DNA of 25,430 bases from a virus (IMGVR_UViG_3300037465_000365:1-25430), one strand, 5' to 3'; counted from the first letter of the stretch, positions 1 to 8,707 are shown. A program made the numbers and translations. Notes: generated from the letters alone by a model not told the origin.

Positions 1-218
1 AGCGTCAGCGTGCTCCAGTCGACCGAAATCTCTGCCTTGGCTTCGTCCGGATCGGCGACCGCGCGGGTCGCCTGATGCCCGCGCATAAAGCCCGCCGCGT
101 CGAGGCGCGCCGCCTCGCCGGCCGTTAGCTCCTTCTTCAAGTCAACCCAGAAGGCGCGCCCGCCGTACGCGAGATCCACGCGCGTTGTCTCGGGCTCGAC
201 CGTCCAATAGCTACTCAT
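1..218 (-). CDS. Probable tail assembly chaperone (3' end outside window)
   Basis: Not in the ORF track. ATG at 218 overlaps the TGA of 215..511; open frame MSSYWTVEPETTRVDLAYGGRAFWVDLKKELTAGEARRL... to the window edge; position two genes after the tail tube. Confidence 0.55.
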   Translation of the reverse strand, partial: MSSYWTVEPETTRVDLAYGGRAFWVDLKKELTAGEAARLDAAGFMRGHQATRAVADPDEAKAEISVDWSTLT

Positions 219-511
219 GCGTACACCTCCGCTTCGCGGCTGATATGCGGTTTCCCGTTCACGCGAATCGTCATCCTCTCCCCGTCGATCGTCGCGCTCG
301 CCTGTGGCCACTCCCAGCGAAAGCGGCCAAAGGCGAGCGTCAGTGTGAGCGGATGCTGGTGCATCCAGTACCAGTCGGCCGCGTCGACATGAGCGACGAC
401 GACGAATAAGAGCCCGGCGAGTGTGTGCGTGACCTCGAGATGCCACGCGCCGAGACGAGCGGCCGACTGATAGCCGACTCGGAGCTCGCCGCTCGACCCC
501 GTCGCGCGCAT
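215..511 (-). CDS. Hypothetical phage tail-region protein (98 aa)
   Basis: Fills the gap between tail tube and chaperone; stop overlaps the next ATG. Confidence 0.6.
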   Translation of the reverse strand: MRATGSSGELRVGYQSAARLGAWHLEVTHTLAGLLFVVVAHVDAADWYWMHQHPLTLTLAFGRFRWEWPQASATIDGERMTIRVNGKPHISREAEVYA

Positions 512-517
512 CGATGA

Positions 518-916
518 TTACGCCGGATTCTTCGCGAGCTGACCATCGCCGCTGAAATCAACCGAGAAGTTCTCCTTCCCGGTCACCGACCCGTCGATGC
601 TCACGGCGGGCCAGATGTTGCCGTAATAGTACCGTCCCGTCTGCGCGGCCGCTGGATAGAGATAGAACTTGGCCGAGGTCGACGCCATCGCCGCATCCCA
701 GAGCGTATCCTGCGCATCGTCGAAGTTCCCGGCGAATGAGCCGGCAAACCGCGAGAGGCCCTTGAGTCGCGTCTCCCACGAGTCGCCGAGCGCCGGATCC
801 GGTTCCTCGTCGAACTCGACATCGATCGTCCACTCGGCGGCCTCCGAGATCGGGACGGCCGCGCTCGTCCCGTCACTCATATAGAGAACGGATCCTTTAC
901 CGTGTAGCGTCGCCAT
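518..916 (-). CDS. Major tail (tube) protein (132 aa)
   Basis: Strong SD (GGGAGA); tube-like pattern MATLHGKGSVLY...EWTID...LGDSWETRLKGL...FYLYP...YYYGN...FSVDFSGDG; position after tail terminator. Confidence 0.8.
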   Translation of the reverse strand: MATLHGKGSVLYMSDGTSAAVPISEAAEWTIDVEFDEEPDPALGDSWETRLKGLSRFAGSFAGNFDDAQDTLWDAAMASTSAKFYLYPAAAQTGRYYYGNIWPAVSIDGSVTGKENFSVDFSGDGQLAKNPA

Positions 917-944
917 CGTCGTCGTCTCCCTTTGTCTCTCGCCC

Positions 945-1961
945 TCAGGCCGACGCGGCTAACGGCCGCGAGGCCATCCCGACGTATGCTAGCAGTGTCT
1001 CAAGCCGCGCGTCGAACGTCTGTGGCGCCACCATCGTCCGCGCCATCGCGGCTAGCCGCGCGCGATCGGCTGGCCGACTCTGCCACTCACGAATCCGACT
1101 CTCTAGCTCCGCCGCGTCGCGAAAGGTCGGAACGCACTCGTCATACGTCTCAACCAGTTCTGCGCGGGGATCCGAGAGCTGAAACGCCCCGCAGGCCGCG
1201 AGCTCGTAGGCCCGTGGATTCATCGATTCCGCCCGCGGGTGCGTCCGATGCGGATTCAGGCAGATCGCGGCCGAGGCATAATAGCCGGCCGCCTCGATAT
1301 TGCGCACGCAGAGATGCTCGTAGAACCGCCCGATCGGCGAATCCTCCGGTGACGGCGGCGCGACCCACGTCCCGATGAGTCTGACCGTAAGGCCGGTCCA
1401 GTCGACCTGCTCGAGGAGCCGAATCCGCTCCGACCAGAACGTCCCGATCAGGAGCACGTCGCACGGCCGTTCGGTCGCGCTGACTGGCCGATGTACCGCC
1501 GGATCATAGGCGGGCGGCAGGTAGATCCAGCCATCGCGCGCGGACGTGCGCTCGTTGGTGAAGCAGATCATCTCGGGATAAACGGCGTGGAACGCCCGTT
1601 GCTCCTCATCATTATAGGGCGACTCGGTAAAGAGGACGGCCGTCCGAATGTGGGCGCGCCGGAGAAGCCAGATCGCGTCCGGGTGGAGCGCCATGCCGGA
1701 GATAATCAGGACGAGATCGGCGCGGTGTCTCAGCGCCTCGACGACGACATTATCCGATGCCTGTCGTGTCAGGAGATTGAGATTCGCGGCCTTCTCGTCT
1801 CCCAGCGCCGCCGCGTGATACCGCAGGCGCGCATAGAGTCGATAGTCGTAGACGTCATACTCACGACGCCTCTCCAGCGCCGTACGGAACCCGCGCGCCA
1901 CGTCGAAGGTCGAGAATTCCGCTGCGCTCCAGACAAAGAGAATCCGCGGGCGACCGGTCAT
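945..1961 (-). CDS. CgeB-like GT-B glycosyltransferase (Glyco_trans_1_2-type C-terminus), 338 aa
   Basis: Motifs FTESPY, YLPPAYDP, DVLLIGT, YASAAICLNPHR, MNPRAYELAACGAFQLSD, TFDAR. Start moved to ATG 1961, which overlaps the upstream TGA. Confidence 0.85.
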   Translation of the reverse strand: MTGRPRILFVWSAAEFSTFDVARGFRTALERRREYDVYDYRLYARLRYHAAALGDEKAANLNLLTRQASDNVVVEALRHRADLVLIISGMALHPDAIWLLRRAHIRTAVLFTESPYNDEEQRAFHAVYPEMICFTNERTSARDGWIYLPPAYDPAVHRPVSATERPCDVLLIGTFWSERIRLLEQVDWTGLTVRLIGTWVAPPSPEDSPIGRFYEHLCVRNIEAAGYYASAAICLNPHRTHPRAESMNPRAYELAACGAFQLSDPRAELVETYDECVPTFRDAAELESRIREWQSRPADRARLAAMARTMVAPQTFDARLETLLAYVGMASRPLAASA

Positions 1962-2686
1962 CGCGTCACCTCGCAGAAATAGCCGGTCGCGGCCCGCGTC
2001 AGCGAGGCGAAGCCGAAGCACTCGAAGCGGCGCAGCAGGTCATAGAGTGCCGCGCCCTCATCCGTCCACCGGCACGCGAGTACACGGATACTCGCCCAGT
2101 CGCGAAAGAGGACACGCCAGCCCTCGGCCGTAAAGCGCCAATAATCCCCGTAGTGGCGACGACCGTGCCACGGCCAGAGAAACGGCGACGTGACCAACGC
2201 CAAGCCACCGGGCCGTATGACGCGAAAGAGTTCACGTACGGCCGCAACGGGATCGAGGCAGTGCTCGAGCACTTCGGTCACAATCGCCGCATCGACGGTC
2301 TGCGGCGCGAACGGCAACGCGCAGAGATCGGCGGAGACGTCAGCCTGATCGTCGAGGCCGACCGTCCGGTACCCGACCCCGATCCAGCGCCGCGGTGATT
2401 CGACGCCGACGTCAATGACGACGTCGGCCGCGCCAAGGCGCGCGCGATGCGTCCAGATCCAGTACTCGAGCTGGAGACGATGAAAGTCCGGTACGAAGGC
2501 GTGGAGATCTGGCGTACGCTGATACCAGTCATAGAGCATCGCATAGCGGCTCGTCTGCGTCAGGCCAGGAAGCAGGACGTCGCGCGGCGGCGCTGGGAGC
2601 GGCGCCTCGTCGACATCGGTCGCGACCGCATGCATCCTCTCGGCCGCGAGATCATCCACGATTGCGTTCACGCTGCCCCTCGTCAT
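1958..2686 (-). CDS. Class I SAM-dependent methyltransferase (Methyltransf_11-like)
   Basis: VIDVG, ADLCALPF, EVLEH, RVIRPGG, PFLWPWH...DYWRFT. True start may be GTG 2671. Confidence 0.85.
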   Translation of the reverse strand: MTRGSVNAIVDDLAAERMHAVATDVDEAPLPAPPRDVLLPGLTQTSRYAMLYDWYQRTPDLHAFVPDFHRLQLEYWIWTHRARLGAADVVIDVGVESPRRWIGVGYRTVGLDDQADVSADLCALPFAPQTVDAAIVTEVLEHCLDPVAAVRELFRVIRPGGLALVTSPFLWPWHGRRHYGDYWRFTAEGWRVLFRDWASIRVLACRWTDEGAALYDLLRRFECFGFASLTRAATGYFCEVTR

Positions 2687-2825
2687 CGATCGTCATCTCG
2701 GAACTCCCACGTGCCGCCGCGCAGATGACGCATCGGCCCTGCCGATCGACGTCGGATACGTACACCGCGCGACCGCAGATCCGACAGGTGGTTACGGTGA
2801 CGTGGTCGTCCGTCGTTCTCGCCAT
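2652..2825 (-). CDS. Small CxxC...CxxC zinc-ribbon-like protein (57 aa)
   Basis: Not in the ORF track; hand translation MARTTDDHVTVTTCRICGRAVYVSDVDRQGRCVICAAARG...; ATG follows the stop of 2832..3227 by 6 nt. Confidence 0.55.
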   Translation of the reverse strand: MARTTDDHVTVTTCRICGRAVYVSDVDRQGRCVICAAARGSSEMTIDDEGQRERNRG

Positions 2826-2831
2826 CGAGCC

Positions 2832-3227
2832 TTAACTCGGTACCTTCTCGACCTCGACGTTACATCCGTAAATCGCCCGGTCGTTCTCATCGCGGAACAG
2901 CAAGCCTGGTGACTGCAGGACGGTGACCGCCCGGTAGCGGATGCCCTCGATCGTCTGCCCCGCGACCTTCGTCAGCGCTTCGACAACGGTCCGCGCCGTC
3001 GCGATCGCGCCCGCCTCACTCGGATCCCGTACCGTGACCTGAAGCCGCGGTCGCTCGAGCGTCCAGCCGTTCGATCCGCACGTGAGTTCCGGCGGGCTGC
3101 CCGGATACTGCGTAATGCCAATCGCGGTCGCGACGCCAGCCGGGATGGTCCCGGCAAAAATCGACGTCCCGACCGTCCCGATCCCAAGGTCCTGGAGGTA
3201 CTTGGCTATCTCACGGTCCGCTGGCAT
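2832..3227 (-). CDS. Tail terminator / 'minor capsid' (Minor_capsid_3-like) protein
   Basis: IAKYLQDLGIGTVGTSIF, ERPRLQVTVR, QSP.L..DENDR...CN pattern; synteny. Confidence 0.75.
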   Translation of the reverse strand: MPADREIAKYLQDLGIGTVGTSIFAGTIPAGVATAIGITQYPGSPPELTCGSNGWTLERPRLQVTVRDPSEAGAIATARTVVEALTKVAGQTIEGIRYRAVTVLQSPGLLFRDENDRAIYGCNVEVEKVPS

Positions 3228-3242
3228 ACTCTCAGACTCGCG

Positions 3243-3656
3243 CTAGAATATCGCGCCGTGGGTACGGGCCCCACCGGTCGCCATCTCGAAGACTTCGATC
3301 GCGTACTGCCCCTTCCGCTCGACAACGACCGATTCCAGGTACTTCGCTTGGCCGACGTCATGATGCGCCTCGAGGCGCTCGTGAACGGCCGCCGCATACG
3401 GGGCGGCCGGGCCACCAAAGACGAGCCGCACGATCTGGTCCGGCCCGCGTACCTCCGGACCGATGACGACGCCGCTCGATCGGAGTGTTCCCGTGTCGAC
3501 CGGCGTTCGCCGCTTCGCCTCAGTCATCCAGACCTCGCCGACCGAGCGCATCGCTCGCCCGACCGGCGACGGCGTCAGCGCCGCGAATCGACGTTCGATC
3601 GTCGCGCGGAGCCGATGAAAATCCTTGAGCTCGAGACGAATCGGATCGGCTGCCAT
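3243..3656 (-). CDS. HK97 gp10-like tail completion protein (137 aa)
   Basis: AKRRTPVDTGTLRSS, YAAAVHE, GQAKYLE. Start moved to ATG 3656 (TGATG overlap). Confidence 0.8.
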   Translation of the reverse strand: MAADPIRLELKDFHRLRATIERRFAALTPSPVGRAMRSVGEVWMTEAKRRTPVDTGTLRSSGVVIGPEVRGPDQIVRLVFGGPAAPYAAAVHERLEAHHDVGQAKYLESVVVERKGQYAIEVFEMATGGARTHGAIF

Positions 3657-3988
3657 CAGACGTAGATTTCGACGTGGTGATTCCCCGCCTCGTCCGCCTG
3701 GCGCCCGACAGCCCAGAACGGCGGCTGCTGCGGGTCGAAGCCGGCCGGGAGCGTCAGCCGCCCGGCCGGGTTGATCGCCGCCGTCGTGCCGACGAGAATG
3801 CGCCATTTCGCCTGCCGCTCCTGGAGGTTTGGCCCACGGACGATGACCTCACCCTTGACGGGCTCGATCCGGCACGGGTAGGACGTCGACGACCCGTAGT
3901 TCGCCTGGCCGCGCTCGGTAAACGTCCCGTCAGGGGCCGCGATCAGAATCGTATCCGGCATCAGCTCTAGGAGTTCAGACTCCATCAT
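3656..3988 (-). CDS. Head closure / head-tail joining protein (110 aa)
   Basis: beta-rich, YPCRIE, RLTLP, DEAGNHHVEIY; synteny between adaptor and gp10-like gene. Confidence 0.65.
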   Translation of the reverse strand: MMESELLELMPDTILIAAPDGTFTERGQANYGSSTSYPCRIEPVKGEVIVRGPNLQERQAKWRILVGTTAAINPAGRLTLPAGFDPQQPPFWAVGRQADEAGNHHVEIYV

Positions 3989-4187
3989 GAGTCTCGAAGC
4001 CGCGAATCTGCGTCCGCTGAAACCAGTGCCACATCTGATCGACCTTGATCCGGATCTCCGATACTGCCCGTGCCACCCGCCAGAGGACGGTCGTGACCGT
4101 AATCATGTGCGTCACGATCGAGAGCGCAATGACGATCGCACCAAGGTCGCTGAGCGATACCTGCATCGGTTGGTCTCCCATTCCCAT
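3975..4187 (-). CDS. Small single-TM membrane protein (70 aa; possibly holin-associated)
   Basis: Hydrophobic LGAIVIALSIVTHMITVTTVLW followed by amphipathic tail; SD GGGAG upstream. Confidence 0.5.
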   Translation of the reverse strand: MGMGDQPMQVSLSDLGAIVIALSIVTHMITVTTVLWRVARAVSEIRIKVDQMWHWFQRTQIRGFETHDGV

Positions 4188-4221
4188 TGTTCTCCCGCAT
4201 GCGTCGGCGATGTTATGGCTC

Positions 4222-4662
4222 TCACTCCTCGTCGAAGCCTCGCGCTGGGGGAAGCGCCGAGGCGTCCTGGTGGATCCGGCTAAACACGTCCGGCCGGATC
4301 AGATCGGCATCCTCCCAGATAGCGTCCCGGTCGGCCGTATAGATACCACCGGCCGAGAGGATCTGGTGCGTCGCGCCACGCGCCCGGAGGCGATCCGCAA
4401 TCGCCCCCCAGGTCTTCGCCGCCTGATCGTACGTCAGCGACAGGCTCCCGACCGATTTCGCGGTGAGCCCGCGAAAACGCGTCGCGAGCGCCTCGGCGCA
4501 CAGCGCGGCGGCCAGATAGACGTTCGCTTCGGTCGCAAGCGCCCACAGGATCTCGCCGTTATCGAGCAGATTCGGCCGCGCGGTGGTATTCGTCGTATCC
4601 TGCAAGAGGAAACGGACGCGGTCCGTATCGCTCCCGAGCGCCGGATCGTAACTAAATGGCAT
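4222..4662 (-). CDS. Head-tail adaptor (146 aa)
   Basis: FSYDPAL..DRVRFLLQDT...LDNGEI...YLAAALC...KSVGSLSLTY pattern typical of phage adaptors. Confidence 0.75.
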   Translation of the reverse strand: MPFSYDPALGSDTDRVRFLLQDTTNTTARPNLLDNGEILWALATEANVYLAAALCAEALATRFRGLTAKSVGSLSLTYDQAAKTWGAIADRLRARGATHQILSAGGIYTADRDAIWEDADLIRPDVFSRIHQDASALPPARGFDEE

Positions 4663-4672
4663 CGCGCGCGCC

Positions 4673-5107
4673 TTATCTGCGATCGAACTCGGCCGTGACC
4701 GAGAAGGTAAACGAGGCGGCCCCGCCGCCAGGATCGACGATCACCCACTTGACCCGCAGCGGAAAGCCGATCTTTCCGCCCTGGAGTACGCCAACAGCTA
4801 TCGCCGCGTCCTGCGGCGCGTGGAGCTCGCTTTCCGGTGAGACGTCTCGGTACCACTCGCCCACGAATGTCTTCGCCCCGCCGTTCCCGAGTACCTGCGT
4901 GAAGTGGACGAGGTCGTCGAAGTTCGTCCCGTCATAGCTCTGCTGGATGTAGACATCGAGCGTATCGGTGGCCTCAGTCGCGGCGGCCGTGACGCGGAGG
5001 ACGAATCGCGCCCCGCGGATCAGCTCCGGATTCGCGATTGGCGCCGGGGATAGTGGCCCGCTGTCGCCGCTCGTCCCGCGAGCGGCCGAGGCGACCAGCG
5101 TGATCAT
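4673..5107 (-). CDS. Putative virion-associated beta-sandwich protein (144 aa)
   Basis: LRVTAA...TLDVYIQQSYDGTNFDD..HFTQV...RVKW...SFTFSV; ATG immediately follows upstream TAG. Confidence 0.6.
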   Translation of the reverse strand: MITLVASAARGTSGDSGPLSPAPIANPELIRGARFVLRVTAAATEATDTLDVYIQQSYDGTNFDDLVHFTQVLGNGGAKTFVGEWYRDVSPESELHAPQDAAIAVGVLQGGKIGFPLRVKWVIVDPGGGAASFTFSVTAEFDRR

Positions 5108-6178
5108 CTAGCCCGTCCTCCATTCGCTCGTCCGCCACAGCCAATCCTCGTCGCGCGTGAGCCACTCCCATGCCCACGCGATCAGGAACGCGATGCCGAC
5201 CATCGGCAGATACCACTGATGCTCGTTCAGCTCGCTATGCGGCGTCTGGAGCGCCAGTCGCGGCCCGACGGCGATGATTGGCCAGAGCAGCGCGAGCCCG
5301 AGTAGTGGCGCCGATGACCAGCAATGCCAGCCGACCACCGCCGTCATCGCGAGGATCGCGCCGCAGGCGACGAGCGCGGGAAGCGGTAGCCGATAGTCCC
5401 AGTCGACCGCCAGCGGCCAGATCGGGACGAGTGACGTCGTCCAGAGCCGATAGGTCGCCGCCGCTTGCGTGCCCGCCCACGCGATCCAGGTCACCTCATA
5501 TGACGGATCGAGCCGATTCCCGGCCCCCCCGCCGACCACGAGCACGAGGCCGACCGCCGTCACGACCGCGAGGAGCGGGCGTCGTACCAGCGGCCTGACG
5601 ACCGGCCACACGCCAGCGCGCGCGGCCTCGAAGGCCTCGGCCCAGCTCGGCCCCGGCCGCGCCCGCGCCGCGACCACGAGTGGCAGGAGCGCAACGCCGA
5701 CGACCGCCGACTGCTTCGCCGTGAGTCCCACAATGAGGAGCGCGATCGCGAGGGTCCGATATCGGCCGATCCAGAGCAGGCACGCTGCCAGGACGGCGGC
5801 GGCCGCCAGCATCTCGGCCCGCCCGGAGACGACGTAGGCGAGCGCCTGCGTCGCGACCGCGTTCAGGAGAAAGGTCGCGGTCCCGGCCCAGGCCGCGCCT
5901 TCGCTGGCCCCCACGCTGCACAGTAGCAGATAGACGAGCGCGCCGACGACGACGTGGAGCGCGAGATTGACGCTCCGGATCGCGATCGGCGACTGTCCGG
6001 CCTGATGCGCGAGCGTCCACGGGGCGAGCTGCCGTAGGCCGAGCGGCGACGTCTCTGGCCCCCAATCCCACCGATCCTCCCAGACCGGGCCGGCCCCGAG
6101 CGGTCGCGATTGCGCCCAGCACAGCGCCGCGATGAGTACGGTCGCCCCGACGAGACGCCAGACCCAGCGTACCATCAC
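5108..6178 (-). CDS. TMTC-like (GT-C superfamily) polytopic membrane glycosyltransferase, membrane portion only
   Basis: Many hydrophobic segments with TMTC-like motifs in order: PVWED, LRQL, VNLALH, QALAYVVSGRAEML, AKQSAV, WPLAVDWDY, NEHQWYLP. Confidence 0.7.
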   Translation of the reverse strand: MMVRWVWRLVGATVLIAALCWAQSRPLGAGPVWEDRWDWGPETSPLGLRQLAPWTLAHQAGQSPIAIRSVNLALHVVVGALVYLLLCSVGASEGAAWAGTATFLLNAVATQALAYVVSGRAEMLAAAAVLAACLLWIGRYRTLAIALLIVGLTAKQSAVVGVALLPLVVAARARPGPSWAEAFEAARAGVWPVVRPLVRRPLLAVVTAVGLVLVVGGGAGNRLDPSYEVTWIAWAGTQAAATYRLWTTSLVPIWPLAVDWDYRLPLPALVACGAILAMTAVVGWHCWSSAPLLGLALLWPIIAVGPRLALQTPHSELNEHQWYLPMVGIAFLIAWAWEWLTRDEDWLWRTSEWRTG

Positions 6179-6498
6179 GGCACGCGCGCCTCGATGATAC
6201 CGGCATAGCTCAGCAATAACATGGTCGACTCGATGATCGGCGCCGACAAGGCCCGCTCATGGTCAGTTACGCCTGGGAGCCGGAGTAGCTGATCGGCGAT
6301 CTCAATCTCGCGCCGCGCCTCCTGGAGTCGCCCGGCCGCGATGAGGGCGACGGCGTAGTTGAGCCGCGGGCGCGGCTTCGCGGGCGCGATCCGCACGGCT
6401 TGGCCCCACAGCTCGACGTCGGACGTCCACGTCGCCGCCGCGCGATGGCCCGCGACGACGTGCGAGGCCAGGAGGACAAGGATCAGCGCGATCCGCAT
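6175..6498 (-). CDS. Membrane-anchored TPR-like protein resembling the TMTC last-helix/TPR segment (107 aa)
   Basis: N-terminal hydrophobic helix then W.SDVELW..AV..AP.KPRPRLNYAVAL...GR..EA. Confidence 0.7.
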   Translation of the reverse strand: MRIALILVLLASHVVAGHRAAATWTSDVELWGQAVRIAPAKPRPRLNYAVALIAAGRLQEARREIEIADQLLRLPGVTDHERALSAPIIESTMLLLSYAGIIEARVP

Positions 6499-6520
6499 CG
6501 CCAGCTAGCCTCCGTCACCA

Positions 6521-7147
6521 CTACAGCTCCGTCCGGATCACCCGGTAGAGCACGTGGATCGTGACGGTATTAGCGGCATTCCCGCCACCGAGGTTATTGT
6601 AATTCCCGTCGTTGAGCGCCGACAGGACGATCGCAGCGTTCGAGAGCTCCGTCCCGGTAATCACCGTATCAGGAGGGAGCGGGCCGAAGCGAATGATCGC
6701 ATCCCCGGCCGCATCGACGAAGCCGGTGGTCTCGATCGTATTCGACGCGACCTCGTCGCTGCTCGTCCGGTAATACAGCCGCCAGTTGTCGTTACCGCCC
6801 GTCTCCGTATAGGCTGCGGTGCGGTCGAAGACCATCAACCCGCCGAGCACTTCCGTCAATGTGCCCGCCCCCTGCGCCGGCACGACGGTAATCGCCGTCG
6901 TCAGCAGCGACGTCACGTTCGCGTGCGTCAACTGCGTGCGACTCACGCGCAAGAGTGAGGCCCCGGGCGCGCCGTAGCCCACCACGATCCCGCCGCTCCC
7001 GAGGAGCCCGGTCGTCGACCCGCCCGTCACCGCCCAGGACGGCTGCGCGCGCAGGACGAGACTCGGCATCAGGCCTACGGCGAGGAGGAGCACGCCCAGC
7101 AGCATCGCCGCCGGATAGCGGCGGAACCCATCGATCAGTCGCGTCAC
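6521..7147 (-). CDS. Gly/Thr-rich beta-type protein with signal-peptide-like N-terminus (208 aa)
   Basis: SD GGGAGG; RR followed by hydrophobic LLGVLLLAVGLM and LRA/Q; body VVPAQGAG...TIHVLYRVI. Confidence 0.65.
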   Translation of the reverse strand: MTRLIDGFRRYPAAMLLGVLLLAVGLMPSLVLRAQPSWAVTGGSTTGLLGSGGIVVGYGAPGASLLRVSRTQLTHANVTSLLTTAITVVPAQGAGTLTEVLGGLMVFDRTAAYTETGGNDNWRLYYRTSSDEVASNTIETTGFVDAAGDAIIRFGPLPPDTVITGTELSNAAIVLSALNDGNYNNLGGGNAANTVTIHVLYRVIRTEL

Positions 7148-7168
7148 AATTCGCCTCCCTCTCTCCCG

Positions 7169-7732
7169 CTAGGCCCGCGCGGCTGCCGTCTTCGTCAAAT
7201 CCAGCGGGGCTAGCTCGTCCTCGAGCCGGTCTCGCCGATCATCGGCTGCGTCGGCCGCTGCGCCGGCGGCCTTCGCCCACTCATCGAGCCGGTTCCGGTA
7301 CGTATCGATCGATTCACCTGGTTCGCGCTCTGGTGCCGGCGGCGGCACGAAGCGCGTCGCGACATGCCGCGCCTTGGCGTGCCCATCCCGCAATGACATC
7401 TCGACGAACGTACACCCGCAGGCGGCACATTCGTACGTCGTCTGATCCTCACCAAGCGGTACGAAGTACCGGAGATCGAACATGCGCTTGTCGTTCAGGG
7501 CTCCGGTGAGACGAAAGACCTGACCGCGGTCGAGCGACTGGCGCCCGTAGTCGAATGTCCGGAGCGCCACCATCGGGACGTTCGGCGGCGTCCCGCGCTC
7601 CGCGATGGTCGCCGGCACGCGACTAGCCGCGCCCATCACCGCGGCCGCCGCCGCATGCGCAACCGCCCGCGAGGCCGGGGCCTGACCGATCGCTCCGGCG
7701 GCCTTCTCCGCCGCCACGCTCTGCTTCGCCAT
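7169..7732 (-). CDS. Hypothetical protein with C2H2-type zinc finger (187 aa)
   Basis: SD GGAG; YECAACGCTFVEMSLRDGHAKARH = C-x2-C-x12-H-x4-H. Confidence 0.7.
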   Translation of the reverse strand: MAKQSVAAEKAAGAIGQAPASRAVAHAAAAAVMGAASRVPATIAERGTPPNVPMVALRTFDYGRQSLDRGQVFRLTGALNDKRMFDLRYFVPLGEDQTTYECAACGCTFVEMSLRDGHAKARHVATRFVPPPAPEREPGESIDTYRNRLDEWAKAAGAAADAADDRRDRLEDELAPLDLTKTAAARA

Positions 7733-7747
7733 ATGATGTCTCCGCCT

Positions 7748-8707
7748 CTACGCGACTGCGTCCTCGAGGAAGGCGCCCGCGCGCGCCGAGGTTCGCTTCT
7801 GGTCAAAGTACGTGTTCGCCTCGACGATATCAACTTCGCGCTCCTCATCGCGCATCGTCTTGATGTACTGGATCGCGTTCGGCACCACCCGCCAGACGAA
7901 CGTGTAGCCGGCCGCCGGCGTCAGGAGCGACGGCGCGCTCGGCACGTAGATCAGGAGCGCGTGCTTGCCCCAGATCCGCGTATAGGTCACCGACGCCTCC
8001 GCCGTCCCCTCGACCGTCGTCGTATAGATCGAACGGCCGACGAGGTAGCTGTCCAGCTCGAGCAAGGACGCAATGAGATCGGGCGTGAGCTGGGCACGCT
8101 GTGTGTACTTGATCCGGTCGACCAGCGCCGGATGATTCTTCAGTTTGATGTGCGTCTGTTTGCCGACGACCATCTTGTTCGGTTCGACCGAGGCGAGCGC
8201 CTCAACCGTATCCTTGTAGGTGTCGACGTCGACGTCCGGCGTCGAGCCGGCGTAGTCGCTCCATTTGGTGAAGTTCACGCCGCCGTCGACGTCCGTCGTC
8301 CAGATCCCGGTCGCGAAATGATCAGTCGCGAACTTGACCTCGCGCCGCATCTGGACCTTGTCGGTGACGAACTGCGTCGCGGTCGTGTCGAGGTCCCACG
8401 GCGCATCAGCGTTCCGCCGTAGCTCGTCCGGGATCTCGAACCGCCGTGAGAAGCGGTTCGCGAAGTAGGTATCCGTCGTGTCGACGGTAAACCCACCACC
8501 CTCCGACTTCGTGCCAGGCGCCCGGACCTTCGAGTCATCGCGGAAGAAGGCCGACTGGTTGAATTTCGGCACGATGTCCGACTGCTTGTTGACCGGCACG
8601 ATCGGAAAGATCTGATCCGCGACGTACGACGAGTTCCGGTACCCGATACTGACGGTCGTCAGCAGGGTATTAACGTGCAGATCCTGGGGCGTTGGCTGAC
8701 CCGGCAT
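7748..8707 (-). CDS. Major capsid protein (HK97 fold, lambda gpE-like group), 319 aa
   Basis: SD AAGGAG; LTTVSIGYRN..YVADQIFPIVPV.KQS, RAPGT, PNKMV, HP..VDRIKYT, IWGK, P.AGYTF; follows cement gene. Confidence 0.9.
   Translation of the reverse strand: MPGQPTPQDLHVNTLLTTVSIGYRNSSYVADQIFPIVPVNKQSDIVPKFNQSAFFRDDSKVRAPGTKSEGGGFTVDTTDTYFANRFSRRFEIPDELRRNADAPWDLDTTATQFVTDKVQMRREVKFATDHFATGIWTTDVDGGVNFTKWSDYAGSTPDVDVDTYKDTVEALASVEPNKMVVGKQTHIKLKNHPALVDRIKYTQRAQLTPDLIASLLELDSYLVGRSIYTTTVEGTAEASVTYTRIWGKHALLIYVPSAPSLLTPAAGYTFVWRVVPNAIQYIKTMRDEEREVDIVEANTYFDQKRTSARAGAFLEDAVA

Noticed and set aside
1-218. Programmed tail-chaperone frameshift site
   Set aside because: The gene end is outside the window and no slippery heptamer was seen in the visible part.
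5108-6498. Classical gtrABC serotype-conversion cassette
   Set aside because: No GtrA flippase or GtrB bactoprenol glucosyltransferase recognisable, and genes are coupled inside the structural operon; host-surface modification by another route is not excluded.
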